The notes below the pieces were generated by a model that had not been told where the DNA came from, made no database searches, and saw nothing but the letters and a program-made list of their open reading frames with translations. Positions 11,305 to 24,600 of a stretch of 64,000 nt of DNA are shown here, one piece after another (position 1 is the first letter of the stretch; every line of letters starts with the position of its first letter). Source of the DNA: Octopus sinensis (taxonomy: Eukaryota). Position numbers and translations under genes: made by a program. The stretch is taken from NCBI RefSeq assembly GCF_006345805.1, contig NC_043013.1, positions 620,001 through 684,000 on the forward strand, written 5' to 3'.

Positions 11305-11804
11305 GTAAATATTTTGTGCACATTGCACAGTTATAGCTATTCGTCCGCAGCTGTCGCTTAAAAGAGACAATTACAAGAGACAATTATAAAAGAGACACCA
11401 ACAGAATAAAGCATTGAAAACCGCAAGTTTCCTCATTCCTCTCTTGCCTTATATTTCGTATCATTTGGTTTCATTTCATATATAAACCTCTTTAAATAAA
11501 CCTCTGATCCCAGGTTCCTATAAATTTTGAGCTTTGTAGAGAGCAAGTGTTTAATGTTGGATTTTTGTGGATCAAAAAAGGGAAATCTAACCTTTGGGAT
11601 GTAGTTTTAGCAATGTGTAGGTGCCATAGTGAGCATATTATGATTCAGGGATCTGAAAGGAATTTTCTTAAACGATATAACATTTCTGCTATTGAACTCT
11701 TCCTGCTAATGTCTTTGATGACCATATCCTTTCTAGGTTTGACAATATCAAGAATTCAGTTATTTTTCACTCCTCCAATTTTCTTGACTGACTCAATTTA
11801 TCCT

Positions 11805-11838
<34 letters not shown>

Positions 11839-12589
11839 CACCAGAGAACTAAAGTTCCTTTTCATTTTATTACTTAGAGACTACTTAAATTTGTCTGAAT
11901 TGTAAATTTATTTCTATTAGATTGTTATCTTAAATTTGCAATAAAAATACAAGAATTGTCCTACTTTACCATTTTGTAACCTTTCTGAAAATTTATTCAA
12001 CATTACAGACTGAAATCATAAGTTTTCTTGGTATATTTCATTGTTACTGGCCCATGGATACCAATTGTCTATCTTGATCTTAAAGCCTTTGATACCAACC
12101 TGCCTGAGTCTACTCTGCTTCTTTGATACAATTTTCCTATTTTAAAGTGGTTTAATTTAGAACTTTCCATCAAAATTTCATGTTAATTTTACATTCCAAG
12201 CATCAACCCATTTTCAAAACTAACTGAAACAAAACCAGTATGTGCTAACAAAAGGTTGAAGCGAAATGTTATTGAACGTATTTAATTCTATTTTTATTCT
12301 GCTCATTTAACATATATTTATATCTGAAAAACAGATGCCTCTGAATATACTTTATTTTCAACTTACACGAAAATGGCATTAGATGGTTTGGCCAGTTTGG
12401 GATTCATTCATATAAAGCTGCTCTTTAACTAATCCCTGTCATTAATGTCCTCCACCAACTCTTACGAAATATTTTAGTCTTTCATCTTGTTGATGATATG
12501 AATTTTCTTTTATTTGAAAAAAATGTTGAAGTTGATTCAGCTAAGAACTTCCGTTGAAGCTGTTTTATTCCTATCTTCTTTGCAGTCAG

Positions 12590-12812
12590 TCATTGCAACT
12601 CTGACCGTTCATCGTTATGACATGACTTGATAAGCTTCCTCTGTGCTGGTCAGTTTTTGGCTGGAGTTTGCCATTTATTATGACCAATTCCTTTTTGCAG
12701 TATCTTTGATTCTCAGTCTAAGTCTTCCATGGTTTCTTTTTCCCTTGCATAGTTGGAAATAAAGGATTTGTCTGGGGAGTCTGTTGTTGTCCATCTTGTG
12801 TATGTGTCCCAA
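12590..12812 (-). pseudogene. Old RTE LINE C-terminal fragment
   Basis: Minus strand reads GHIHKMDNNRLPRQILYFQLCKGKRNHGRLRLRIKDT, like the RTE WLGHV.RM...RLPKQ.LY.EL..GKR..GRP..R.KD end. Confidence 0.6.
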
Positions 12813-12940
12813 CCAGTGGCGGCTTCCCTATAAACCCTGCGCAACTGCAGCACTCCCTATTTCTGCTCGATATTATCGTTAACATTCAATGTAATGAGTC
12901 TTTTTCTCCTTTAATTCTTTCTTTATACTTGTACATTATA

Positions 12941-14155
12941 TAACTCTGTGCCACATAAAAGACTTATGGTGAAGCTTTCTGCGTTGGGCATAAGAGACGA
13001 ACTCTATAACTGGTTGAAGTCCTTTATTTTTGGCCAAAAAGAGGTTGTCACAGTTCTAGGACAGCACTCTTCACCCTATGAGATGACATCTGGTGTACCA
13101 CAGGGATATGTTCTTGGCCCCCTTTTATGTGTTGCATATGTTAATGACATAGATGCCAACTTAAAGAATGCCACAGTGCTGAAATATGCAGATGACATCA
13201 AGCTGTGCCTCGAAATAAAGAGGTCAGATCCTGTACACTATAGATCTCTATTGCAAGCAGACCTGGACACAATGCAGCAGTGGATCATGGACTGGCAACT
13301 CAAGCTGGCTGTGGACAAATGTACCACCATGCATTTTGGGAGGAGAAACACAGCGTCCACCTACTCCCTCCACAACGCTAATCTCAAAAAGTCTTCATGT
13401 GAACGTGACCTGGGTGTTATTGTCGACAGTGATTTGTGTTGGACAAAACACATCGCTAAAATTGTCAAGAAAGCTGAGGGTGTCTTGGTATCACTCACCA
13501 AATCCTTTGTGAGCCGCTCTCCGGCTATCTATCTGCGGCTTTATATAGCTATGGTAAGACCTCACCTGGAATTTGCATCACCGGTCTGGAACCCCTATCT
13601 TGCCCAGGATATCAATCATCTGGAAGCTGTTCAGCGATGTACAACCAAAAGAATACCCTCCATTAGGCATTTGCCATATTCTGAACGCCTTACTTCCCTG
13701 GACATGGACACATTGAAACTCCGACGTCTGACAGCTGACTTGGCAGACACCCATAAAATTATTAACCATCTTACAAACAATAACTCTGAGCACCTTTTCA
13801 CACTCCATTTGTCTAACACCCGTGGACATGTTTACAAAGTCAGAAAACAGCACAGCTCCCATGACTTTCGGAAACATTTTTTCACACTAAGAGTTGCTGA
13901 AGCATGGAACAAACTGCCAGCATCAGTTGTTAGTTGTCGGAGCACTGCATCCTTCAAAACTTCCATGCTTCCTGAGATTCGCCAACACTACACCTGATTT
14001 TCTCCCCTCCATACACACACACAAGCATGTATCTGACTCATACACTGTTCACTTTCCAGACATTTGTACATTACTACACATACTTTATACGTACTTTTGG
14101 CAAGTTGTGCTGCACCTGAGCACTGTATACAATAATTTCATTATTATTATTATAA
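12941..14155 (+). mobile_element. 5'-truncated CR1/L2-type LINE, second subfamily, with (ATT)n tail
   Basis: ORF 12948..13997 with GVPQG, YADDIKL, RPHLEFASPVWNP, TRGH; 3' end tgcacctgagcactgtatacaat then (att)n near 14138-14153. Confidence 0.95.
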
Positions 14156-14966
14156 TTCTTAAGCTTAATGTCAGTAGCCATCCCTTAGTTTATGAAAAAA
14201 ACACAAAAATCCTTGTACAGAACTGTGCGCTTCAGTCCCAGCAGCACGGTGTTTGGCTGTTGTGCACATGCTCACGTGTCAGAGATAGGAAGCTTTACAA
14301 AAGAGAGAGAGAGAGAGAGAGCACTGTGGTTGACACAGTGCTGACCCTGGTGTTCTGGTGGAAGGTAGTTTTCCTTTTTGACTGTGTGTGTGTGTTGTAC
14401 TTAAAAACGTGTTTATATTCTTGAATGTGATAAAGTGTAGAATTTGATTATTTTCCTGCTTCAGTGTTGCAGCCAGGATTTGAAAAATAGGGCAGATTAC
14501 CCCCCCCCCCCATTTTGTGATTTAGGGGGATTTTTGAAAAACAGTGGGGAATTCATGACGGTTTTCAGTGAATAAATTAAACACACTCCCTGGCAGTGGC
14601 TAAAATGCGAACTGATCGAGTTTGTGTATAAATTTTTTTTGTATGTTTCTTCCCTTTTACACAATATTAAAACAGTGGCTAAAATTTTCGGAAGCAGCAC
14701 CCACACTAATTTTATCTACAAGCCACCACTGGTTGCAACCAATATAAATTCCTATCCATGAGGATTTCCATCATAGGAGGTGGACCATGACACCATAAGA
14801 TCTCTTTATTCCTGATCTTGTTAAAGAAAATGACATAATTTATTGCAGCTCTCTCATCATATATGCCTGTAACTTGTCCACTCAAACTTTCAAATGTTTT
14901 GATTACCATGTACAAGTGAATACATACTATTCGATAATAAATGTTTATATTTCTATTGTTTTCCAG

Positions 14967-15068
14967 GTGTGCTTCTCTTGTAAATCTGTGAAATTTAGTC
15001 TGTTCAGCCAATGGGGAAATAATTGCCAGTTCTGCAAGAGGGTTGTCTGCAATAAATGTATTCGCAAG
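14967..15068 (+). CDS. spir: Spire FYVE-like zinc-finger exon
   Basis: ttccag|GTGTGC...CGCAAG|gttaga; 102 nt, phase 0/0; VCFSCKSVKFSLFSQWGNNCQFCKRVVCNKCIRK matches the Spire pattern [33 protein letters not shown]. Confidence 0.95.
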
Positions 15069-15928
15069 GTTAGACTTACTATTTACTATCAACTAACATA
15101 TGTTAATGACACAGATTTATGGATGCTAGTCTTGCTGGTGATGGCAACAAGCATATCTGATGTTCATGTTTTTCTCAAGAGTATTATAGGATTTGCAATT
15201 CCTATCATTAGCATTTAAAAACAAACCAAACCTAGACTTGAACTCTGACAATTTATACTACAAAATAGTTTTTCTATGCTTCTAGATTTTTGGGAAAACA
15301 CTCTTCAAACAACAATTTGGCATTCAATACCATTTTTCCTCTCACATCTACTTTTGTTATGTAGTACTGTGTTGGGTTGCATTGATGAGTACAGTATCAT
15401 ATTTCATGTTGTACCTATTCTTCTCAGCTAAATGTCATAACCCAGTAAGGTTTTAACTACTTTGTCTAGTGTCATTTTGGGCCTCGCCATTTTCTGCTTT
15501 CACTGTACATCATCCAGTCATTTAAAATCAAATGAAAATGTGGAATAACAGTCAAAATTTTTATTTTAAATGCTAATCAACAAAGAAGCTGTTAACCTGA
15601 TTGCTACAATTGTAATAATGGGTTTCAGAGATGGTAATTTGATGCCAAATGTTTTTGAGTTCAAATAGCTACTAAATATCTTATGGCCACTTGTTAAATG
15701 TTTCCTCTTTTAAAATGGTTGATGCAAACCATTTAAGCTTTAGATTGTAGCTGTATTATTTTGATAAAATTTTTTTCTGTCTTGTGATCTTTCTGAAAAT
15801 TAGTTACACCGGACAATGTGGATTAGGTTCCTCTTTGGTGTCATTCTGCTACTTTTCCATCTTACTCTCTCAAGAAGCACAGGATAATAACCTAATCATT
15901 TCGTTGTATTATTTCAATTGTAACACAG

Positions 15929-16035
15929 ATGCACGTTCCTGCAGAACATTTCAACAGAATTCCAGTCTACACCCTAAGTCCTTCACCACCAATCTCTCCA
16001 ATTGAAAACAACCAAACAATGAATATTTTTACAAG
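15929..16035 (+). CDS. spir: Spire exon following the FYVE-like core
   Basis: acacag|ATGCACGTT...TTTACAAG|gtaatt; 107 nt, phase 0 to 2; MHVPAEHFNRIPVYTLSP aligns by eye with Spire MRLPSKPYSTLPIFSLGP. Not shown in the ORF track. Confidence 0.85.
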
Positions 16036-16329
16036 GTAATTCAAAAAAAAAAAAAACGTTTTTAGTCACATAAATCTTTTGCAATACTTACGCTTGTAAA
16101 TTTGTTTCCTTATTATAAGTTTATCGTTTTGGGAGTATTTAACTTTGAAATTTATGTGCATTAAAGTCTTTCGTATTTATAAAATACATAAAGCACACAT
16201 TTTAATAATAAACTATCTTGTTACAATTCCATTCACACACACAGGGGAGATAACCACTCAATTTGCTTTTCTCCCTTTGTACATAGATATATATATTGAT
16301 ATATATTCGTTGTGATTCAACATCCACTT

Positions 16330-16890
16330 TTCCAAGCTTGTATGGGTTGGACAGAGATTACCGAATCAGATTTTCTGTGGCCAGAGGCCCTTCCTGATGC
16401 CTACTCTTACATGTTTCCAAGCAAAGAAGTATTTCACCCTTGGTTGGACATGTTATTGCAGGAAATGGAAGTAAACGACACTGCTTGTATGGTAGCAAAG
16501 AGAAAATAATACTCTCTCTCGTATACATATGTATATACGATGGGCTTCTTTCAGTTTCTGTCTACCAAATCCACTCAGTTCTTTGATCAGCCTGAAGCTA
16601 TGGTAGAAGACACTTGTGCAAGGTGCCAAGCAGTAGGATTGAACTCGGAACCATGTGGTTAGGAAGTAAACTTCTTGCCACACATCTACATTTGCACCTA
16701 TCCATACATGTGTGTGAGGGAGAAAGAGCCCTGGGCCAACCAATTCCTTACAAGCGAATTTGGTAGATGGAATCCATGTGGAAGCCTGATGTGTATGTGT
16801 ATGTGTGTGTGTGTGTGGTTGTGTTTGGCCATTCCACTGCTTAGCAACTGGTGTTGGTTTGTTTATGTCCCCATCATTTAGCAGTTTAGG
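16330..16890. mobile_element. Cluster: RTE-tail-related repeat (16330-16495) and two family A SINE pieces in opposite orientation (16540-16700, 16720-16890)
   Basis: gtatgggttggac...gcccttcctgatgcc motif shared with 9880-10050 and 48460-48660; SINE A core and 3' segments. Confidence 0.6.
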
Positions 16891-17196
16891 AGAGTTTTGG
16901 CTGTTATTTCTAGACAGTTGACTGATTGGTTTGTATGATTTTGTTATTCAGGAAAGTGTTTGTCCCTAGTTTTGATTAAAAAAACAGAAACTGTCTAATC
17001 TTTCACATAGTATCCTCTTCAGTTCAAGCGTTATAAGCATTGTGTAGTTTTGGTTAAAAATTGACTGAGAATATTCTGTGAAAAAAAAAAGTTAAAAGTA
17101 GATTTGTTTTTAGATTTTTTTGTTTCAATAACAAAAAAATGTAAGATTTTCTTATCCCTTCATCTTAGCCTATTTTTCTTTCTTTCTTTTTCTCAG

Positions 17197-17476
17197 TACT
17201 GGAACCGGTTCCCTTTTGTCACCAAAAAAGAATGGCAAGTCCCCTAAACGACGACCTCTACAACGGTCTCAGACCATATCGGATAAACTACTGGAATCCA
17301 AATCAAGAGTAATGAAAGGGTCTTTGATGAATGTTTGCTGTGACTGTAAGGAGATGGTTTGTGAAGTGATCCAAGCCAGTCGAGTGTCTCTGTCATTGGT
17401 GAAAAGAAGCAAAGAGCTTTCAGAGACAGAGCCAAAGAAAGCCTCTAAAGTCGGTTTTGTAACTGATTCCATGTAA
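17197..17476 (+). CDS. spir: Spire terminal coding exon
   Basis: tctcag|TACTGGA, phase 2; MNVCCDCKEMVCEVIQASRVSL matches Spire [22 protein letters not shown] (last two zinc ligands); stop TAA at 17474-17476. Confidence 0.9.
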
Positions 17477-18264
17477 AAGCAATATTCTTTTTAGATTGGT
17501 GGGGGTGGGGGAAAAAAAAAAGAAACTATCTGTGATGCTTAAACTATTAACTGACGTATGGCTTTATATTGCCATAACCTAACAAATAATGTTTGTGTTG
17601 ATATACTTAATTGTTATTCTAGGTCCTGTTAGTTAGTACACTCTGCACTAATACTTTTGTATTCATGCAGTTGTAATGTTTGTGTTATGACTGTTGTGAT
17701 TATTTATTGAGATGTATTGCGGATATCTTAATATTATACAGAGAAGTAAATATTGTGGCTACTGTTAAATACATATTAGTGTTTATTGATGTCTTGCTAT
17801 TATTATAGAGATATATATATAGGGAGAGAGAGAGAGAGGTCTATATAAATTATTAATACATTTTCTAGTTGTGCTATTTATTGGTTATTACACTGTATGC
17901 AGTATAAGGGATATATGCATCCATAATATGTGTGTGTGTGTAAATGAATGTATATTTAATACCTATAGCTATTTCAGTGCCATCAGTTCGTGCTGATATC
18001 TAGGAACTGGGACACAGTGATCTTCAGCAGACTCTATCATAGGTTTTGAAGAAAACAGATTTCCTTTTGCTTCATTGACTATCACAGTCCACTAAAGATC
18101 ATGGTGTCTGAATTATTGGATATTAGCTTGAATTCATGGTATGGAAGTCGCTAAAGGCAGTAAATACATGTATATTCTATACTTTACAAATGTCTTCATG
18201 TCTGCATTATGGATCCTTTAGTATTTTTGTTTGAAAAAAACAAAACAAAACAAAAGTAGCATTT

Positions 18265-18316
<52 letters not shown>

Positions 18317-18807
18317 TGTGTGTGTAAATTGGTGCATCAAGTTAAAAATGTAGCTTGTGATCTACCAAAACACTTCAATATTACTCCAGCAAAGTCATAG
18401 TCTAATAAGTGAAACCATTAACTTTCTGGTTAGAAGGTTTGTTTTACAACTGTGTGGTTTCGTGTTCAATCTCAATGCACTGTACTTTAAGCAAGAGTTT
18501 TCTGTCAGAGCGACGGGGTTGAGCAATGCCTTGAGTAAAATCTGATGGAGACTGAGTGGAGTGTCTGTGTGTTTGTGTAAAAATCTTGCATTACACCTGT
18601 AAAAGGTAACTAATTGTCTAACTATGAAGTACTCAGCTACTTTCATAGATAAACAACACACTAAGTTCTGGGCTGAATAGAATTGACTAAAATTCTCCAT
18701 GTTTCCCAGCATGGCTGCAGTCTCTTCACTGAAGACAGTAAAAAAAAAAGTCTATTAAATATAGTTAAGATATACATTTTTCCATCTTCATATAAAATTA
18801 TGAAATA

Positions 18808-18907
18808 TGTGTGTCTGTGTGTGTGTCTGTCTGTCTGTGTCTGTCTGTCTCTCTGTGTGTCTGTGTCTGTCTCTCTGTGTGTCTGTGTGTCTGTCTCTCT
18901 GTCTGTG

Positions 18908-18938
<31 letters not shown>

Positions 18939-18996
18939 GTGTCTGTCTGTGTGTCTGTCTCTGTGTGTCTGTCTGTCTGTCTGTCTGTGTGTGTGT
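18808..18996. repeat. Compound (TG)/(TGTC)/(TC) microsatellite
   Basis: Direct reading; explains the overlapping low-complexity ORFs. Confidence 0.95.
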
Positions 18997-19662
18997 ACAC
19001 ACATTTATGGTCAAACTTTACAGATTTATTGTTCTAATAAAGAATCTCTACTTTCACTAAGTCACATATTTGAATTAGTACAACGTAGAGATTCTTTGCT
19101 AAAACAATAACTTTGTTAAACTTAGTCAGTCACTCTACAATTGTTTCTGCAAACAGTCTTGAGTGGTGGTCCTTTTTGACTTTGCTTTCTTGATCTTTGA
19201 TTCAAGATCACATGATACCAACTTTATTTGGTGGCCTGTTTCTTGATGGAAATCTGTTTTCATATTTTTGTTTGTGTGTTTTTAGAATCGTTGTTGCTGT
19301 TAATTTTATTTAATAATAAATGTTTTTGCAGTAAATGTTATTGTGCATAGTTCTTGTAGATTGCTTGCTTTCGTTTAGTTTCTAGTTTGTATTTCATGAA
19401 TGATTACTACCGTAGTTGATTGTAGTGGGATTGTGTGGGAAAACAGAAAATTGCTTTGTTTTTTGCTGATTGTGTGAGTCTGAAGACAGTTCTCTCTCTT
19501 CTTGCCTAATCAATTACAAATATTTATTTTATCAACCTTGTAAAGATGGAAAAATAAGTGAGGGATAAAAGAATTGTTCTTTGACGCCATATCAGGAAGT
19601 AATTTAATGGCACTGGTGTCATATCTATTATTTCAAGGCATCAAGTTAGCTACTTGTCAGTA

Positions 19663-19696
<34 letters not shown>

Positions 19697-20752
19697 CTTT
19701 AAGGAGTGTTATATTCACAGTGTGGGTCTCTGTTGTTGTGAAACTGAAGATTGTAAATATATAATTAAAACTGGTTTTCACATTTGTATTTTACCTACAA
19801 GTTCTTTGTTAAAAGTATTTTCTCTTTAAATGCTTTCAATACGAATTGTTATCTAAAAATAATCAAACTTTGCAATATAATTGGTTATATCATGTTAAAA
19901 CTAAAGTAATTCCTATAAAATGACATGCCACCTATTGAAATCAGAATGGTAATGCCAAACAATTGTTAAATATTTACAAAGCAGATTACAATCTAAAGGA
20001 AGAAATCTTCAAAATGTTTTATTTCAGTGTTGAATTATTTTGTTTCAAAATATTTCTGTAAGTCATGTTATTAAACAAGAATGAAGTAATTCCTTTGTCA
20101 AAGATTTGCCGATTGTTTTTACTAATTAAAAGGAAAAAAAAAAGAAATGAACAAAAGATAGGGCAGTGCATTTGTACAAGGTTCAGTGCTTACAACATTG
20201 ATTCCTTTCTATACTATGGGTATAGTACCCATATCCATAGTATGGCTATAGTATATGTATCCTATTATCCTCTACAGACTGAATACAGTCTAGACTGAAA
20301 GCTGTTCAAGCAAGCAACTGGTCATAATGTAGCCATCCTTCTTTAAACAAGGATGAAGAAAACAGCCAATTGTTTCGTTTTCACATTTATCCAGGTGTGG
20401 CATTTTAAATTGAGAACTTCTTGTATAGTTTATAAAAGTCAATTTGTTATGAGAATTGAAATCTTTCAGCAATTTCAACTGATGTAATAATGCCACACTT
20501 TCTCTTCATTTCTCAACTATTCTATTTCATTGTCATGTTTCTTTCTTTTTTTTTCTTCCAACAATGTTCAAGATTGTTGTTCAGAATTTAAGGATATCTT
20601 CCTACAAAAACTGTGAAAAGGTTTTGCTTTTCTCTTTTTATAAACATTGCAAGTATTTTGATTGAAATTAATCAATTTGGTAATTTACTTACACAGTCTT
20701 AACAATGTACAGTTGTTATTGATTATCACACCATTCCCACAATATTTATACA

Positions 20753-20793
<41 letters not shown>

Positions 20794-21099
20794 GGTTCCA
20801 TGCTGTTTAGTTTCTTATATTGAGATTGCAACACAAGGTTTGTCTAGAAAAATGTTTCAATAATCTTTTATACAAACTATGACCTTTCATGTTTTAACGT
20901 CAAATTAACGTGAAAGTTGTTAAATACTATTTGTTAGCTACAAGCAATAATTAAATTTTTTTTCCATCCTCTTTCTTTGAAATTGTTATACCCATATAAG
21001 GTATTGACACATGGCATGCATACTACAAATAACACAAGGTTTTTAGTATAAAAATTGTTGCATTCTGGGTCTACCATGAAATTTTGCCAAGAGTGTTAC

Positions 21100-21600
21100 A
21101 CGTCATAGTGAGGATGCAGCTGAGAAGTGCTAAAAAGCAATGATGATCCATCATCTACGGAGTAACAAAATGGATTCAAGGAATATTCAAAGTTTGGCAA
21201 CAAGTAGTTCTAATTTAAGTTAAAAAGTAAGATTCCTTCAAACATGAAGGTAAATATAGTTTGATATAATCAGCTGAAAGAAGGGGTTGATGGAGGATAA
21301 TCCAGACACCTCATCTTTTGAAGTTTCTAAAGACAATCTTCTTGAGATAAATTTAGTTTAATGCAAGTGGGGAGACATGCTCAAAGTGTGAAAATGTAGC
21401 GTTTGTGAATTTGGAGAAGCCCTAGTTTGATGAGGCAGGTAATGAATAGTCAACAGAATGAAAACAAATGAGAGGAAATCATTTTGTAGACTTGATGAGA
21501 AATAATGATAATGATAGTAGCAAAAATATCAATTGAAACCCCAAAATGTGCCATTTCAATTTTGAACTTTGTATTCTCTGCAAATGGAGAAAAGCATTTC
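21100..21600 (+). pseudogene. Possible highly decayed mariner-type transposase fossil
   Basis: Fragments such as FKE..KFG, NQLKE..EDNPDT resemble the mariner WF.KFRSG...QLK..IE.NP.T region; many stops and frameshifts. Confidence 0.3.
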
Positions 21601-24600
21601 AAGTTGTGCAATGTAAAGAATCCATGAGTGTTTCTTGTTTTGAGAATAAGGCTTAGCAACTGAGTGGCTTTTGATTCAAATATAGAAATTTCTTCATTTC
21701 ACTTTTTTGACATTATTAAAAAACAGAAAAACTCTAAACCTGTAAAGTGCTAACTGATTGCCTGGTGAAAATATTTTTTAATCTTGTTGTGCACATATCT
21801 GGATTGATAAAAGCAATCTTACATTAAAATTTCAAAACAAAATGCAATTGTTAAAGTGACAGTTGATAAATATTTCAGTTCTGACCAAATTATGAAAAAT
21901 CTACTCATTTATATCAGATGATTTTGAACTTGAAACTGTTTTTATCAAGTTTTCATTAATTATTTGTGAAAATATTGAGTTTAATATCTTTGTAAATCTG
22001 CAGGAATGCATTGCAGACTCTGCACTTTCACTGCTTGTCCTTAGCCTCCCGGCTCCTTCAGATATTCCATTATTAATAAATGTTGTATCTTCACATATGA
22101 TACAACAACAACAACAGTGGGAATGTATCTTCCTCAGTTTTCTATATAATCACCTGTAATCTCTTGAATGCCTTAGCTGTTGTACAAACTGACATATTTC
22201 AATGATTCAAAGAGATTATTAAATAACTTTAATCCATTCCAACTGATACTGCTTCTGTGTGGAATCGAAAGTATCATCCCTTTCGACCTTCAGTGGAATT
22301 CATTCTGTTCTTGCTGACTTCTCATGACTCTGGTCTTTGGTACTTGTCGTTATCATATTATTTAATTAAGATGATGATATTCTTTGCACCTTTTGAAGGT
22401 GCTTTTTTTTTCTTTACAGTAATATAAGTATTCTAAAGAAAGAAAAACTTTTTTTTATTACTTCAACTCTGACCGTTTTTAAACAAGTTTGGCAAAATTG
22501 GTGAGTTTTGGAAGCCAATAAGGTTCTTTTCGTTTATTCATGTTCTCAGCTTTCATACAACTAATCTCTCATCTTATACAGCAAATGTAAGAGTTAAGTG
22601 AATCATTCTCTGAAAGATTCTCTGGAACTGCTCTCAACTCTCAATTCTTGTATTAACTTTCAACAAATTCACTCGTCTTCATTTATATAGATTTGAGGAT
22701 GTAAGCCAAAAAATTGTCAATAGTTTCATACTGGAACCCTTTAGTGGCTCCCTGGCCGTCAATGACTTTTCTCAACCCTGGTCTGTTTGGCTTTTCTGCT
22801 TCACTCCTGTTGGAACCCTGCTCTTCTGTCTGCAGCTATTGTCAGGCTGCCCAGTCTTGTGGATTCCCGGAGAGAAGGCCGCCTTCTGCCAAGTGTTGTT
22901 GGCTTTGATTTGTCTTCAGTGCTTCAGTCCCTTTGCTTTATTCTAGGTAAGGGTGTTGATCTTACGTAAACCCAATTTTTAGTCCTGGAAAGAAGTAGTT
23001 CATATTAGTCTAGCCTCTATCCTTTGACCTGTCCAGTATGGGAAGCCCCAGGAACTTGATCTACTAGAATAGTTCTCAGCTACCACACCACAAGAACTGG
23101 ACTTATTGATGGCAATAATTTTATGAAAGGACTTAATTGTTGGTGTTGGATGAGGTTTCCACAGGTTACAAACATAAGATTGATCATTATATATGGACTA
23201 ATTAATTACAGCAGCTGATTTATTACAAGTTTGTTTGAATGTCCACCTTCTTGACCACTTGCCTTACACTTTCTTTTGAAGACTAAGGTCCTCTAGATTA
23301 TCATTTTTAGAAGATTTTGTGGTAAATTTAATTATGTTGTCCATAAATATTAAGAGAAATCAAAATATGGATTATTGCTTAATATTGATGTCAGAGATAT
23401 CGTATTGCATTAGAGAACAAAACTGAGGTTGTTCCCACTTTGGAAATGTCTGAGTTAATGTCACAACATTCTCATGATAGCAGATATTATAATGGCTTAG
23501 TGACTTCTTTTTGTTTTTCTTAGTGCTGAATTAAGTTTCTCCCTTTTTCAAGGCAAGTTCCATCAAATAAAGTTCCCTAATTCTTTTAAATATTGCGTTT
23601 GGTATTGGTTAATGTCTGCAAATGGGCCTTGTTACTATTGAGTCTTGATTTCCTAAATGTCCTGAGAACTGGCAAATGTGATCAAACATCTTTTTGGTTT
23701 GTTTAACTCTGATATAATACCTGATCAAGCAGGCCTAATGATCAAAGATACTCCAAGCATGACCACCTTGTCTTAAAAAACTTTTTCTTCTTCTATACAT
23801 GCATATTTAATCAATGCATTCTTTTAAAAAGACTTTTGGTTGTAATTTTAGAAATATATTTTTCTGTTTTTAACATGAGTGACTGCATGGTGTAAAGAGA
23901 AGGAATCTTTCTTAAAAGCAGGATTAAGTACAAGAGCTTAAGGATAGATTGGAATACAGCTATGCTAAGAAACATAAACTCCTTTTTAATTTTACAATTT
24001 CAACTCATTTTGATTTCCTGGTTTTTAGTCTTCAGACTAAAACTACTCCTTTAGTGAAATTTAGAGAGTTTCTCATTTTCAAGTCTGAATGAGTGGAATT
24101 TTACTTCTGGACTCGGGCATTTCTGACATTTTCTATTTTCCCATTTGGTAGTTTGTATTTTCTTTATTGGTGACATCATAGATGTCAGTAGTTGTTATTT
24201 CACTGACTGTTATTGTTGGTACTTGAAGGTTTGGCCAATATTTACCATCCTTGACTGAGAATTGACGATCTGCTGATTATGTTTATCGTTAGGAGTGGAA
24301 AGTGAGTTATGATTGTTGTTGTTATAGTCTATAAACATATAAATATGGGGAAGATTTTTTTTCCTCCCGTGTAATATAAACTTGAATTTTTGAAGTAATA
24401 ACTCATTGCAGTGGAACAAAACTGAAATAAAACATTTTTCTCCCACTTCTTTTTTTTTTTTTTTCTCCTTCTGTCTGTCTGTCTCTTCTCTCTCTTTTGG
24501 AAATTTTGAGTGAGAAATAATTTTATTTGAAGTCTGTGCATGCACACACATACACATTGCAAATTTTATTTGCTGAGATTTTCCACTTGGGAGTTGCAGA

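Noticed and set aside
14230-14345. Internal promoter candidate (CACGTG, GA tract, 8-bp hairpin 14321-14341)
   Set aside because: Such short motifs occur by chance and there is no supporting transcript evidence in the sequence.
18661-19110. Several overlapping TDRQ/CVCL ORFs
   Set aside because: Microsatellite translation artefacts.
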